Positions 52,040 to 64,000 of a stretch of DNA of 64,000 nucleotides are shown here, piece after piece. The stretch spans positions 37,329,679 through 37,393,678 of the forward strand of contig NC_090397.1 in the NCBI RefSeq assembly GCF_036365525.1. The letters run 5' to 3'. The DNA comes from Heterodontus francisci. Its lineage: Eukaryota. Under the pieces are notes generated by a model, which was not told the origin of the DNA, ran no database searches, and worked only from the letters and a program-made list of their open reading frames with translations. Every line of letters starts with the position of its first letter. Within the stretch, counting starts at the first letter, position 1. The position numbers and the translations under genes were made by a program.

Positions 52040-52260
52040 AGGAGAGCAATCACGTTCCACGTGGGTGAGCGACCGCTCTGAGCGTGTCGACACCTGGTTG
52101 GTGGGTCGCCCGCTGGAGAGCGGCGTGGACCAATCGCGTTGCAGAAGAGAGGCGGGACCTGTGATTTGGAACGTCCGGATTGTGCGCGCGATGGGACGCC
52201 GGTACCTGCGGATGGGAATGTAGCGAGTCAGGGTTACCTGGAGCCCACTCACTGCAAGGA
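52040..52260. promoter_or_regulatory. Small CpG island: ALG12/CRELD2 bidirectional promoter with ERSE-II
   Basis: CpG-rich patch between divergent ATGs at 51306 and 52645. CGTGGACCAAT at 52124-52134 is the reverse complement of ERSE-II ATTGG-N-CCACG. Also CCACGTGG at 52057-52064 and a GC-box-like GGCGGG near 52151. Confidence 0.8.
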
Positions 52261-52644
52261 GGAAGTCCTGCTTGTTGATATTGGACTGTAACAGCTCACA
52301 GCTACTGTACTGAGGGTATTGCTTCGACTTGCAGTGAAGAGACACAGATATCTTCAGCCTGAACGTTGCAGTCAATGCTAGCTACAGCTTGGGACGGTAC
52401 CGTTGAAAGAAGAAGGCATCATTTACCTGCTTACAACTTTCTGATCCTCCACGCACACTTGCAGAAACCCAGTGCAAACTAAACCGTGAATTCATGTTTT
52501 ACATTAGTTTTTGAGTTTGCACTTCAGAGTCCATTAATTGTAATTAAACAGTACAACTGGCATTTTTTTCTATTAGCCTTTTATACCTAGTATTCCTTTT
52601 CAACCTAGTCTTTTTGAGATTTGTCTTTGATATAGAGTAAGAAA

Positions 52645-52773
52645 ATGGGTTGCTCCAGCAAAAAACTCAATTGTTTTCTGTTGCTTGGATTGCTGCTGTT
52701 ATCTCGTCATTCGTTAGGGTATGACAAGTTATCTTGTCCCACTTGCAAAAAAATAGCTAACAAATTTTTAAAG
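52645..52773 (+). CDS. CRELD2: CRELD2 coding exon 1: signal peptide and CxxC motif
   Basis: Translates MGCSSKKLNCFLLLGLLLLSRHSLGYDKLSCPTCKKIANKFLK, then donor |GTGAGT. A possible acceptor TTTGATATAG| at 52635 suggests an upstream non-coding exon. Confidence 0.9.
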
Positions 52774-53462
52774 GTGAGTACTTAAACTGTTGCTGGTTCT
52801 TTTATTTCCTATTTGAATTTCATGGCAGTTATAATTGCCACCATCTGGGTTTGTGGTCCTGATAGAAAGAAAGTTATTATCAATTGCTAATTTGAACTAT
52901 CTGATATGAAATTAAGATTGGTAGATGCTGGATGCTTGCAGTTTACATCCGGTGTATTTCCTTGGTCAGTAGAGAATATCAGAATTGTAAAGAAGTAGGA
53001 GTTTAAGTGCTGAACAAAATAAAAATATACTGGTATCAGAAGATTCTTGTATTTAAGAAATTCATAGATGATGCAGGTGAACAGGGAGTGGTTGTTGGAA
53101 CAATGGGGTCGGGCCTGTATTCTGTGGAGGAGCATAACCTAAAGATTAGAGGAACTATAGGCAGTTCAGTGGGTGGGAGTGTGATGGTTGATGTCATGCA
53201 GCAGTTCAAACAAAAGGTAGTGTAAATCTGGAATTCTTTCCCAAAAATGTTGTTGAGGCTAATCAATTGAAAATTTCAACAATGAGTTTTTTTTTATTAA
53301 GTAAGTAAATTTAAGGGATCTGGAACCAAGTTGGGTAAATTGAGTTGAAATACAGATGAACTGTAATATGATTAAATAGCAGAGCAGATTTGAGGAGCTG
53401 AGTGGCTTACACCTTTTCCTATGTTCTTACCTCATTGTTACTTCAAGTTTCACAAGTGTTAA

Positions 53463-53814
53463 GGGCGGCACAGTGGCGCAGTGGTTAGCACCGCAGCCTC
53501 GCAGCTCCAGGGACCCGGGTTCGATTCCGGGTACTGCCTGTGTGGAGTTTGCAAGTTCTCCCTGTGTCTGCGTGGGTTTTCTCCGGGTGCTCCGGTTTCC
53601 TCCCACAAGCCAAAAGACTTGCAGGTTGACAGGTGAATTGGCCATTATAAATTGTCACTAGGATAGGTAGGTGGTAGGGAAATATAGGAACAGGTGGGGA
53701 CGTTTGGTAGGAATATGGGATTAGTGTAGGATTAGTATAAATGGGTGGTTGATGTTCGGCACAGACTCGGTGGGCCAAAGGGCCTGTTTCAGTGCTGTAT
53801 CTCTAATCTAATCT
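53463..53814 (+). mobile_element. HE1-like V-SINE
   Basis: Reverse complement of 2673-3024; ends in TCTAATCTAATCT. Confidence 0.9.
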
Positions 53815-55160
53815 TGACGACTCTAGTTTATAAGCGCCAAAATGCATGTCGTCTTCACAATGGACTAACAAAAGATTCAGCAATAATGCATTGACAATTC
53901 TATTTGTGATACATGTGTGTATGTGCTAATTCATCTCACTAAAAGTCAAAATGCAATTAATGTGTTTTAGTGGAGTTTTGACCTGAAATGGTTTAAAGTC
54001 CAGCATACTGGTGCCTGCAAGTCTTGGACATCCAGATAGTGTTTCTTGGAAGTAAAATTAACCTGCTTTACACCACTCGACTCCATCCAGTAGAATTCTG
54101 TTTTAACAGCTGTTGATCAAGTGAAATACCAAAGAAGCAACAGTACTTTAACTTGTTTCCAAATATAGGCTGTTCATTAAGCATATATTTTTAAGTGCCT
54201 TTGTGTTTTCTTCTGTTAGATTTTAGTGTTTATACAAGATTTGAATTTAACACATGATGCATAATGGCTTTTTGGGCAGGTAGCCAGTGGTTTGGAATTA
54301 ATTGTATAGTAAACTAATTATTTGCTGGATCTTAACTGTTTACAAGTTGTGGAGCCCAGTCGTTTTCCATACGCTTTAAATTTGTATCTGGGGTAGGAAT
54401 GTTGAATGTCTTGGAGAGGAAAAAATGCAAATGTGCCATATACCTATTGGTTGATTATTGAATTTAGTTATGATATAGTCTCTAAAGTGTGTTCCATTTC
54501 TGCTAACTAGCCAGATTTACCATAACAATGGATAGATATGAAAGGGAAACGGGCGTCTTTGGTGAAAATAATATTTCACCATTTTTGCACCATATATAGT
54601 ACAGACAGCTCAAACTAATCTGTCTAGAGTATCATTTAAGAGTCTGGGCCCTCAATGCTTTAAAAATACCTCACTCTGGAAAAAAAATCTTTCAAATAGG
54701 AGAATAGATTCCAGCAAAGTTATTGGATAAAACTTATTTAGTGTCATTGGCTTAACCTTGAATTGAAAAATGTAAGTTGAGCTTTTCTCACATCCATAGT
54801 TCTTTAGTAACACAAATCTGGGAATTTGTCTAGGTAATGAACGTGCATTTAAAATTAAAGCTAGCTATGGGTTTAATGGCTGAGAGCAATCAATTGAGTG
54901 TATGCTTCCTCTTAATTTTGAGAGTTAATCAAGAATGTGTGTCTGATTGAGGGTTTTCTTTTGGGGGCACTGAGAGATGCATACTCTCCTTGCATAAAGT
55001 GATTAGTGATGTACTAAATGATACACTTTCCTACTGTGTATTGATAATCTAAAATGCAGTATTAATCAGCAGTGTCTCCAGCTAAATGCTTGTGTCTATT
55101 GCAACTGGGCTAAATACAAAAACATTTTTGCAAATGATCAAAATAATTTTTCAAAATTAG

Positions 55161-55243
55161 GGTGTAGAAGATACTTCCAGAAAAAATTTTGGTGGTGGAA
55201 ATACAGACTGGGAAGAAAGATATTTGTCAAAATATGAATTCAG
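55161..55243 (+). CDS. CRELD2: CRELD2 coding exon 2 (83 nt)
   Basis: TTAG| GVEDTSRKNFGGGNTDWEERYLSKYEF(S) |GTATGT; NFGGGNTxWEE is the CRELD signature. Confidence 0.96.
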
Positions 55244-55843
55244 GTATGTATGTATGCAGTTTGCCTTGAATCTTGTTCTGGCTGTGTCCTTGCATTTTAA
55301 ATACGAATATATGAAATTGAGGGACAGGAAAAGCCCAGGTGGTCCATCAAGCATCTTCAATAATCGATGTCAAGCTGATGGGCCAGTGGTTCCTTGGCTC
55401 TCATTTTGACCCTTTTTTGTTTTTGAAAAGCAAAACTACATGAGCTAGCTTCCAGTCTAAACAAATGAACTTTTGAAGATCTGAGCAAGGGGCTCACAGA
55501 GCACCTGTACCATCTTCGTAATGACCTTTGCATGTCTATTATCCAAACCTGGAAACCCATCAACCTTGAGCTTTTGTAATCTGTCCGAGATGACATTACG
55601 ATTTACTATTAATAATGCTATTCAATACAAAGCAACTCCCATCTGGAACATAAGTTTCATCTACAGGAGTATAGACTGATACGGAATAGACATTTAACAC
55701 TTCTGCCATAGTATGCATTCGCTAATAGAAATATTCAGCCTCATAAAGTGATTAAAATAAATTAAACAATATCAGAAAGGAAAATGGATTATGTATGAGA
55801 TTGGTTTTCTATTATGTAAAAGCTGCGTTTGCTGGCAACGCAA

Positions 55844-55857
55844 CCACTAGGTGGCGC
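55844..55857 (+). promoter_or_regulatory. CTCF consensus site within an intronic GC/CpG-rich block (55820-56370)
   Basis: CCACTAGGTGGCGC matches the CTCF core CCAC/GYAGR/GKGGCRC. Binding is untested. Confidence 0.55.
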
Positions 55858-57201
55858 GATTCTGGCACATGCGCGCATGCAGCTTCACTGACTGAAACGT
55901 CACTGTCTGCGACGTCTCTGGCAGTTGCCAGTAATAAAAATGGCGCTGCTAAATTTGACACAAAAAAATTGAACCCAAACCCCCTCACCCCTTCATGGCC
56001 ACTATCACCACCTCCGCCCCCCCCCCACCCAACAGCTGCCTCCCATAATCGCTGCATTCAGTTTCCTGCTCCTTTCTGATCACTGCCTCTCTTCCCCACT
56101 CCCACCCATGCTCGCCTTCTTGCTGCTCCCTCCTGCTGCTTCAGACTGCTCGCTGTTCCTTTCCGTCGCTTGCTCCCCACCCGGGGGAGTAAGTGGGGTG
56201 TGTTCAGCAAGGCGGAAAGTGAGCGGCAAGCAGATGGAACAGGAGAGTGTGGCGAGCATTCGGAAGCAGCGATTGAGGCGGTGATTGTGGGAGGGAACGG
56301 GGAAGAGAAGCGGTGATTGAGGCGGAGGGGAGCAGGGTACTGTTGGAAGGGATGGAGGCGGCTATCATGGCCATTGAGGGGTAAAGCAACACTTGGACAT
56401 CATTACGTTGAAGTGTGCATGTGTAGACCCATACTGGCAAGCTGGCAAATGGTCAGACGCATTGATGGTGTCATTCGATCGCTCTGCATTGTCAGGAGAC
56501 ACTCCGTTATGTGAAAGCTCTAATTTGATGGGTTTCTATGACCAAGCTGTGCAGTAGAATTGGAATGGGGATTGAATTTCTGCTCTTAATAGCAGTAGTA
56601 AGTGTTGTAGGAATGACTAGGAACTCTCTTCTTATGCCTGTCCATTTCTGTAAAATATAAATATCAAGGATTTGACTGTTACTGGAAGGGCCGAACTAGT
56701 AAATTAAAAATCAAATGTACTGAAATACTCAAGCAATTTGAGCACTTATCTCATCATGTATCCTCAATAGTTCTATAATAAGTGCAGTCGACTCATTATT
56801 TGCTGCCAATCTCGCCATTCAGATAGACTTGGTGAATTTAATAGGCAATGGCAAATTCAATTACAGCAACTTGCATTTATATAGTTATTCTCACATGCAG
56901 GAGGATATCTGAGTGCTTTACAATAAGGGATATAAGTATATAATGACATCAAGCATGGAGAAAGGGGGAGGAAAATATAAATAGGAAACTGAGGACACAG
57001 TCAAAGTTTTGAAAACAAGGAAGGTGGAAGGAACTGTGTAGAAAGTTCCAGAAGGTTGGAGTGTAGTCGTTGAAAGAGCAGCTGATATTGGAGTGTAAGG
57101 AATGAGAGATATGAAAAGTCTGGTGTTGGAGGAGCTGAGATAGCTTGTAGACAATTAAGGCAGGACAAGTTCAAAAGATGGCATGGATGGGTGATTAAGT
57201 G

Positions 57202-58113
57202 TGTTACGACCAGGTGAGAAGGGGTCTAGGGGTTCCCTCTCAGCCTTTGCCTGGTTTAACCGTAACAGGGTTTAATTTTATTAACACTGTTTTAGCTCCC
57301 CTCAGTGATTCCTGGTTCACCGCTTTCCAATTATAAGGCAAAGAAATCAGACAAGTTTTCTTAGATTTAAACAAGAAAGGTGGAAGTTTATTAATCTTAA
57401 ACTCTAATTCTGTTAAGGACTACGAGTACGCAACGCGACCACGCTAGCATGCATATGCGATAAACACACGCAGATGGAGACAGAATAAGTAGAAGGAATA
57501 AAGGGGAAAAGTTTGAGGCAATAGATGTTTTATAGTTGCAGTCCTTTGAGTTTGATGTTGAGTCTTTGGTTGTCGGTAAGTCTTGCTGTTCGTTGGGGCC
57601 CAGTGCATGCTTTAACTTGTTTCGATGTAGGAGTCTTTTCTCTCTTGAGGATTGCACAACTTCAGTGGGTATGGAGGCTTGGGAGAAAGCGAGAGAGAGC
57701 TCTCTTGTTCCAGGTTCAGTTGCAATCTGCAGTTTGACCAAACTGTCCTGTGAGCGCAATTCAAAATTCCAAGTTGGCCAGCAGGTTAGCCATGTGACTA
57801 AGTTTTGTCCCAACAAACTCTCTTGTGTCTTTTGTGGATTCCACAGCTCTCGGTGGGGGGAGATGGTGTAATGCTGTCTCCCATGACGACAAGATGTGGA
57901 TCACCGTTGCCCAGCCCAATCTCTTAATTGAATCAGTGAGCAATTCTTTTGTCTCTCCAAATACTGTCTCTTAGTATGCAAATGTTCTTCCAGCCACTGC
58001 CGGTGATCTCTTTTTAAACAAGTCATTCCTTCATTCCAGCTACAGTTTAAAATTAATGTTCATATGACAAAATTAATATGCCTCATTCTTGGCAGGTGGG
58101 GGTCTTCATGACA
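57202..58113 (-). mobile_element. Solo LTR, 912 bp, 4-bp TSD AGTG, nested in an old L2 fragment (~56865-58395)
   Basis: Termini TGTTACGAC...CATGACA; AGTG at 57198-57201 and 58114-58117. Orientation is inferred only from minus-strand AATAAA motifs. Confidence 0.82.
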
Positions 58114-59396
58114 AGTGAGTGACTGGGTAAACAAGAGAGTATTTTGAAGATCGACATGCTGGGACATAGAACCAGTGTAGTTTGGTGAGGGTGGGACTGC
58201 AAGACTTGGTGTGGATGAGGATGGCAGATTAAGCCCACTTAACAGGTTGTAGAGAAGTTAAGGCTTAAGATGAACTAGGTTTTAGGAGTGAAGATGGAAT
58301 AAAGCAGTCTTGGTAATAAAGTATTTGGGAGGGAGGCAAGCTGAACTTGGGGTTTAGCAAGATGCTGCAGTTCTGCATTGCTTCATTGAGCCTTTTTAAA
58401 AAAAATATTCATTCTTGGGATGTGGGCATCACTAGCAAGGACAGCATTTGTTGTCCATCCTTATTAACCCTTGAAAAAGCCTTCTTGACCCACTGCAGTT
58501 CATGTGGTGTAGGTACACCCACAGTATTTTTGCTGCAGTGGTTTGGTACAGCTGAGGGGCTTGCTAGGCCATTTCAGCAGACAGTAAGAGTCAACCACGT
58601 TGCTGTGGGTCTGGAGTCATGTGTAGGCCAGACTAGGTAAAGAGGCAGATTTCCTCCCTTGAAGGAAGCAGATGGGTTTTTATGAAAATCTGACAGTTTC
58701 ATGATCATTATTAATGAGACTAGCTTTTAATTTCAGATTTATGAATTAATTGAATTTCACTTCCCTAGCTGCCATGATGGTATTTGAACTCATGTCTTAG
58801 GAACATTAGTACAGGCCTCTGGATTACTAGTCCAGTAACATTACCACTATGCTCCCATCCCCCTGCTTGAGGTGGGAGCCAGGGAGGTCGATGGAATTCA
58901 GGCCTGAGACATGTGGATACTGACTGAAGCTGAAGGGGATGGTCCCCATTTTACTAACATTCAGAGGAAAGTTCTAGTTCCTAATATTTATTGGTCAGGC
59001 AATTTGAGACAGTAGCAACAGCCTTTGGTGCAGTGGAGGAAGCAACTTGTTTGTGTTGTGTGTTGTCACTAATTTACTACAGAGAGCATGTAGATAGAGA
59101 AGAGCAGTATGTGTTGTTGCGTTACAGAAATTTCCTTTTCACAGCACATCTCGAGGGTTCTAGGATGGGTTTGGTGCTGGTTAATGGCAAATTGAGTCAC
59201 TGTAGATGAGAGGGCATATAAGAACAACAAAAGGAGTTATTACACATAATTGTGCAAAAGGGTGATTCATAATCAGTTTATGTGAAGAATATTATGAACT
59301 TTGAAATGTTGCTCATTAAAATCGGAGACAAGAGGATTTTTAATCGGGTGCTTTTGTACAACAGGATTTTTGTTCTTAACTGTTCTTTTAATTTAG

Positions 59397-59507
59397 TGAG
59401 ACTCGTCTGGTGGAAATTATTGAGTCCCTTTGTGAGAATTCTGAGTTTGAATGTAATCTCATGGTGGAAACCAATGAAGAGCATATAGAGCATTGGTGGT
59501 TCACAAT
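59397..59507 (+). CDS. CRELD2: CRELD2 coding exon 3 (111 nt)
   Basis: TTTAG| ETRLVEIIESLCENSEFECNLMVETNEEHIEHWWFT(M) |GTAAGT. Confidence 0.95.
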
Positions 59508-60852
59508 GTAAGTGTCTTTTATAACTAATTTGATAACTCTTTTATTACTAAATCTGTGACATAAATCCAATGATTCATTATTTTTTGAGTTTGTAACACT
59601 CTTGTGTCTCTACATACTCTGCTCCTCTAATATAAAACATCCCTTGGTTCTGCACTCTCTCTGTTCTCTTGTGTCTTTTGTGGATTCCTTTCACTATTGG
59701 TGGCATGTATGGCCATTATGCTCCTGCCCTCAGGAACTCCATGCATGTAGCTCCCTCTATCTTGCCACTTTGCTCCCTGCCTTACAAAGATTGTGCCGGT
59801 CACTTTTAGTGCACTCCAACTCATATTCCATCATTTTTTATCATAGCTATAAAACATATTCCAGCACATGAACACTGTAAAACTTTATTTTACTGCCTGC
59901 ACTGTTATCAAGCTATTCCTTTAAGGTATCACTGCTGACCTGACCCTGTCTCTGCCTGACATCTGTTGGAAAATGAGCACATGTAGAAGTTGCTGACTAG
60001 TTCTCAGGAGCAGGGATTCTGGCTGACATTCTGTTTTGGTTCTATTCTCTCGAAGCCTAAGAACTGTGAGATTTAATTAAAGTGACCTACATTTTGTCTG
60101 ATTTGAGATCAGGTGATTCAAAACAAATTGGGAACATAACTTCAGACTGCCTGGTCATCATAGCATAGTAATATGTACTTGCTCCCAGTCTTTCTTTGTT
60201 GGAAATCTTGAACGTCTTCTAGAGTTGGTTTTTCTTCTAACCAAGACGACTGGTGCCATAACTTTTTCGTGGATCTAAAATATCCCTTTTTGATTAAAAT
60301 ACAATGACTGTACATCATTTTTAAGTTCTCAGAAATTCCTTCTAACAATTGTGCTGATTTGTAGTCTATTCCATAGGTTCAGAGCGAACCAGGTACTACG
60401 TGTGACTATATCAGAACTGGTTCAAAAACACATGAATTCCTCCAAACCATGTAAATTTAAAAAATAAAATAATCAGCATTGGGTTAAATGCTCTTAATTT
60501 TGTCCAGAATTATTCAAAATGGAGTTATGTTTTATTCTAATAATGGGTTTCATGACCATTGTCACTTCTATATTTAATGCCTGATAATGTTTTCACTGAA
60601 GGACTAATGATTGTTTTGTAATCACTGCAAGTGAATAGAGTGTTTGCCAGAAACAGCTTTCAAAAAGAACCTGGACATACACTTGAAAAGGAAAGAATAG
60701 TAGGGAAATGTGGAAGAGTGGGATGAATTAACAGCTCTTTCAAAAAGCTGGCACAGTCTCAATGGGTCGAATGGCCTCCTTCTGTGCTGTCATTCTATGT
60801 ACATGATCAGTTTTGGATGCTTAGGTAAATTTAATTTTATTTTTAATTGCAG

Positions 60853-60944
60853 GCAGAAAGATCATCCTAATTTCTTCCTCTGGTTCTGTGTGGATATGAT
60901 TAAAGTTTGCTGTCCTGCTGGGACCTTTGGTGTAGACTGTGTTG
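60853..60944 (+). CDS. CRELD2: CRELD2 coding exon 4 (92 nt)
   Basis: TTGCAG| QKDHPNFFLWFCVDMIKVCCPAGTFGVDCV(G) |GTACTG. Confidence 0.95.
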
Positions 60945-62875
60945 GTACTGTAATTCCTTTTGTGAATGTTATGAACTTCATTGTATGTAATGTGATATAT
61001 TCAGTGTATGGAAAGCAGTATAACAGAGTCTTGTGATACGGTTTTGATGGCTGTGTTAAAGTGTTCTTAATTTGATCATATTCTGTAGATTTAGTTCCTT
61101 CCCAAAGTAAAAAGCCTGCATGTTATTGCATTTTAACAAAAGGCTTCTTCTACAACATTAACCAACCTCTCATAGTTCAGTGGATCCCTTGCAAAATAGT
61201 GTGATCAGGAGCTCTTTGATTATCTTGAACTGTGTGCAAAGTTTGATGCTGACTGGTAAACACTACACTAGATCGAGGTAAAGACCGCATGTTATTCCAG
61301 GCAACAATAGAGCTGTCATTTCAGCCAGTTACAATTTCATGCTTTAGGCAGTCAAACGAGGTTTCAGTAAAACCCAAGGGTAAAATTCCTCTTGACAAAA
61401 TGAATGTTTTCCCCCTATATGAATGGACTCTTTACTGTTTCTTCTCTGTAATTTTGCCTACTACTTCCTCAAGCAGTGTTCTAATATAACACCCGAGTCC
61501 TTCTAAACAGCTACAGAATAGCCACCTAGTATAAAATCTTAACGTACAGCGTGAGTTTGATGTAACACAGCAAGATAATTTCAACAAGGTCAATGAAAGT
61601 GAGTAGATTTTAAAATAGTGTGTAGGCCAATGCTAAGTGCATACCCCTGAATAAATAGGAGCTCGTCACAGTTCTCATTATTGAATTGTATTCAACTAAT
61701 TGGAGACATGACTTGGGAGGAAGATTCCTTTTTGCTGTGTTGTCTTTTCCATAATTATGGGGACTGGGCATATGCTATTACAGATTAACTTATTTTCTGT
61801 TGCTTCAATTTTATTGCATCCTCTCGAGAGGGCATTGATTCATGCTGGGGTATGGTTTCATTGGTGCTGGCTGCCCTTAGTACCTCATCCAAGTGGCCGT
61901 TTTTTCAGGTTTGCGCCTCAACAATGAGTGTCAGCTTGGCTGTTTGACCATCTTAGCTGTAGGCCCATGCATTTCCAGCAGGGGTCACCTGATAGCAGTT
62001 AGCAGCAGTGTCATCCTCTTCTTCTGATGTAAGGGCACTGATGCCAAACGAACACGCCTACTGCACTCCGATCAGCTACCTCAGGAGACTGAGAATTGAA
62101 CCTCAAACATTCTGATCTATATGCACAAATGCCAAACGTTCCTTAATGAGCTATCAATAGAGCTGCTTCTTCATTGCTTTAATCTATTTATTATGATAAG
62201 TGATGTATGTACATTAACAACCTGCAGCACTAAAACCTTTCGACACTATCTAAGTATTGACATGGAAAATACATTTTATGTATTATGCCTAAATTACACT
62301 GCATGATCGTATTTGCTGCAATTTCTGAAATGTCAGTAAAATAAGGATTTGTCCAGAAACATTTCTGATTTTCTTGTCTGTTCATGCAGGTACAGTGGAT
62401 GTTTGAGTTTTACTGTGGAACAGTTCCTTGTTCTTTAGATAGGACTTGACTGAGCCTTTCTGGTGGGGGGAGGGGTGTGTACTTGCACGTGCACATGTGT
62501 GGCTGGGATGGCAATGGGAGCATAGTATAGTTGGCTTCAGTGTGCGTGAGTAATAACCTAGGTTTCTGCTTTTGATCACTATCTAGTGGCCGTTGCTGGT
62601 AACTGCATGTGGTGTCAGGATCTGGTTCAGTTGTAATGTCTCCCACAGTCAAATAAGTTGCCATCATTCCTCTTACAGGCTCATTTAAAGAGTAGTCACT
62701 AGGACGAGGTACTAGAGATGTGCCACTAGCTGTAGACCGCTATCCCATTCTGCAGCGTTACCTTTGGGGAGAGATTAAAATTATAGCAAATGGTCCTTTT
62801 GGAGTCCTGGGATTACATTATCAGACCTGTATTTCTAAAGTGGCTACTTATGTCGAATAAACTGTATTATTTTAG

Positions 62876-63052
62876 GATGTCCCGGTGGTGCAGACAGGCC
62901 CTGCAGTGGGCATGGTTCATGTGATGGCGATGGTACACGGACTGGAGATGGCTCTTGTAGCTGTACGAAGGAATACCAAGGCGAAGAATGTCTAGACTGT
63001 GCAGCCGGCTACTACAGTGAATTCCAGAATGAAACCCATTCACTCTGCACAG
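62876..63052 (+). CDS. CRELD2: CRELD2 coding exon 5 (177 nt, EGF-like); the gene continues beyond the right edge
   Basis: TTTTAG| CPGGADRPCSGHGSCDGDGTRTGDGSCSCTKEYQGEECLDCAAGYYSEFQNETHSLCT |GTAAAT. CRELD2 rather than CRELD1 is called from the head-to-head position with ALG12. Confidence 0.95.
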
Positions 63053-64000
63053 GTAAATTCCTGAGCTGAAAATGTAAGTTGCTTCAGTTAGTATTTGCTC
63101 ATTGTCAGAATGTCCCAAAGTGCATCACAGCCAATTGATTACCTTTAGATTTGTCGTCACTTGATATGTGGGAAAGCCTGGAGCCAATTTGTCCATTGAG
63201 GGAATGACGAGTTAATTTGTTTTAGGGATGTAGTTGATGCCACCTTACCCACGATGTTTGGTACTGAAGATATTGAATAGTAACCAGCAGTTATCCATTT
63301 GGTACAATCAAAAAAAACATGAGGTTGAAGTTCCTGCTTTCCTAAAAAAGGAAAAGATGAATACTTAAGAACTGAGGAAAATGCTTTTGTTTAAATTCAT
63401 TTTAAAGCTGCATTTTTAAAAAAAAGTTATGATTTCTTTAAATTTTGAAGATTTTGCAGGTGAGGATGCGGTTTTAAAAGGTGCAGGGTTGCTCAATGTG
63501 GGAGCAATAGACCTTCTGACCTTCTGTGCTAATGTTGCGTCTTTGGTTTAATTTGTAGAAGGATGGATGCTTTAACGGATCTTCCAAACCCAGTGCTGGG
63601 CAAGCATGCGCACTGGCTTAAAACCCCTGTTCCACTCTGGTGCAGTACCTGTCTGTGCCCTTGACACCAATGCAGCATTTCTCTAAAAGTGACTTGGGGC
63701 AGTATCAACAATACCAAGAAGTTGGGTAGGCACATGCCTGTGTTGAAAAAAGCAAGAAATTACTGCAAGACAAGTTAGCAGCATGGACAGATGGGTGGCA
63801 GATGTAGTTCAAAGCAGAGTACGTTTTGGGGGGAAAAAAACTGTGCAAAGAGGTAACTCTCAATGATGGGATGCTCAACTGAATGCAGGAAAAGAAAGAC
63901 AGACTTGCATTTATATAGCACCTTTCATGGCCTCAGGATGTTCCAAAGCATTTTACAGACAATGAAGTACTTTTGAATTGTAGTCACTGTAATGTAGGAA

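Noticed and set aside
53463-53540. tRNA-like sequence with A and B boxes (also in three other copies)
   Set aside because: It is a SINE head continuing into the V domain and tail, not a stand-alone tRNA gene.
59370-59396. TTCTTAAC near the CRELD2 exon 3 acceptor, resembling a U12 branch site
   Set aside because: The matching donor is GTATGT (U2 type) and a pyrimidine tract is present.

Overview
Vertebrate genomic DNA, very probably from a shark or ray, judging by HE1/V-SINEs, Deu-domain SINEs and abundant CR1/L2 fragments. It reproduces the human 22q13.33 block BRD1(-) / ZBED4(+) / ALG12(-) / CRELD2(+). The window holds the BRD1 CpG-island promoter and first two coding exons, a complete 9-coding-exon ALG12 (1491 nt, 496 aa as reconstructed by hand), and the first five coding exons of CRELD2, head-to-head with ALG12. 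Most notable: (1) a heavily decayed ZBED4 fossil at the syntenic position, with two BED-finger relics, a hAT transposase C-terminus, many stops and frameshifts, a large internal deletion and an L2 insertion; (2) the ALG12 U12-type intron starts with CT (CTATCCTTT...TTCCTTGAC...AG) rather than GT or AT; (3) a perfect ERSE-II in the ALG12/CRELD2 bidirectional promoter; (4) a solo LTR with an internal ~290-bp inverted duplication suggestive of template switching; (5) short repeats with degenerate hammerhead-ribozyme cores. Gene identities come from manual translation compared with recalled human proteins; no database search was run. Repeat boundaries are approximate.
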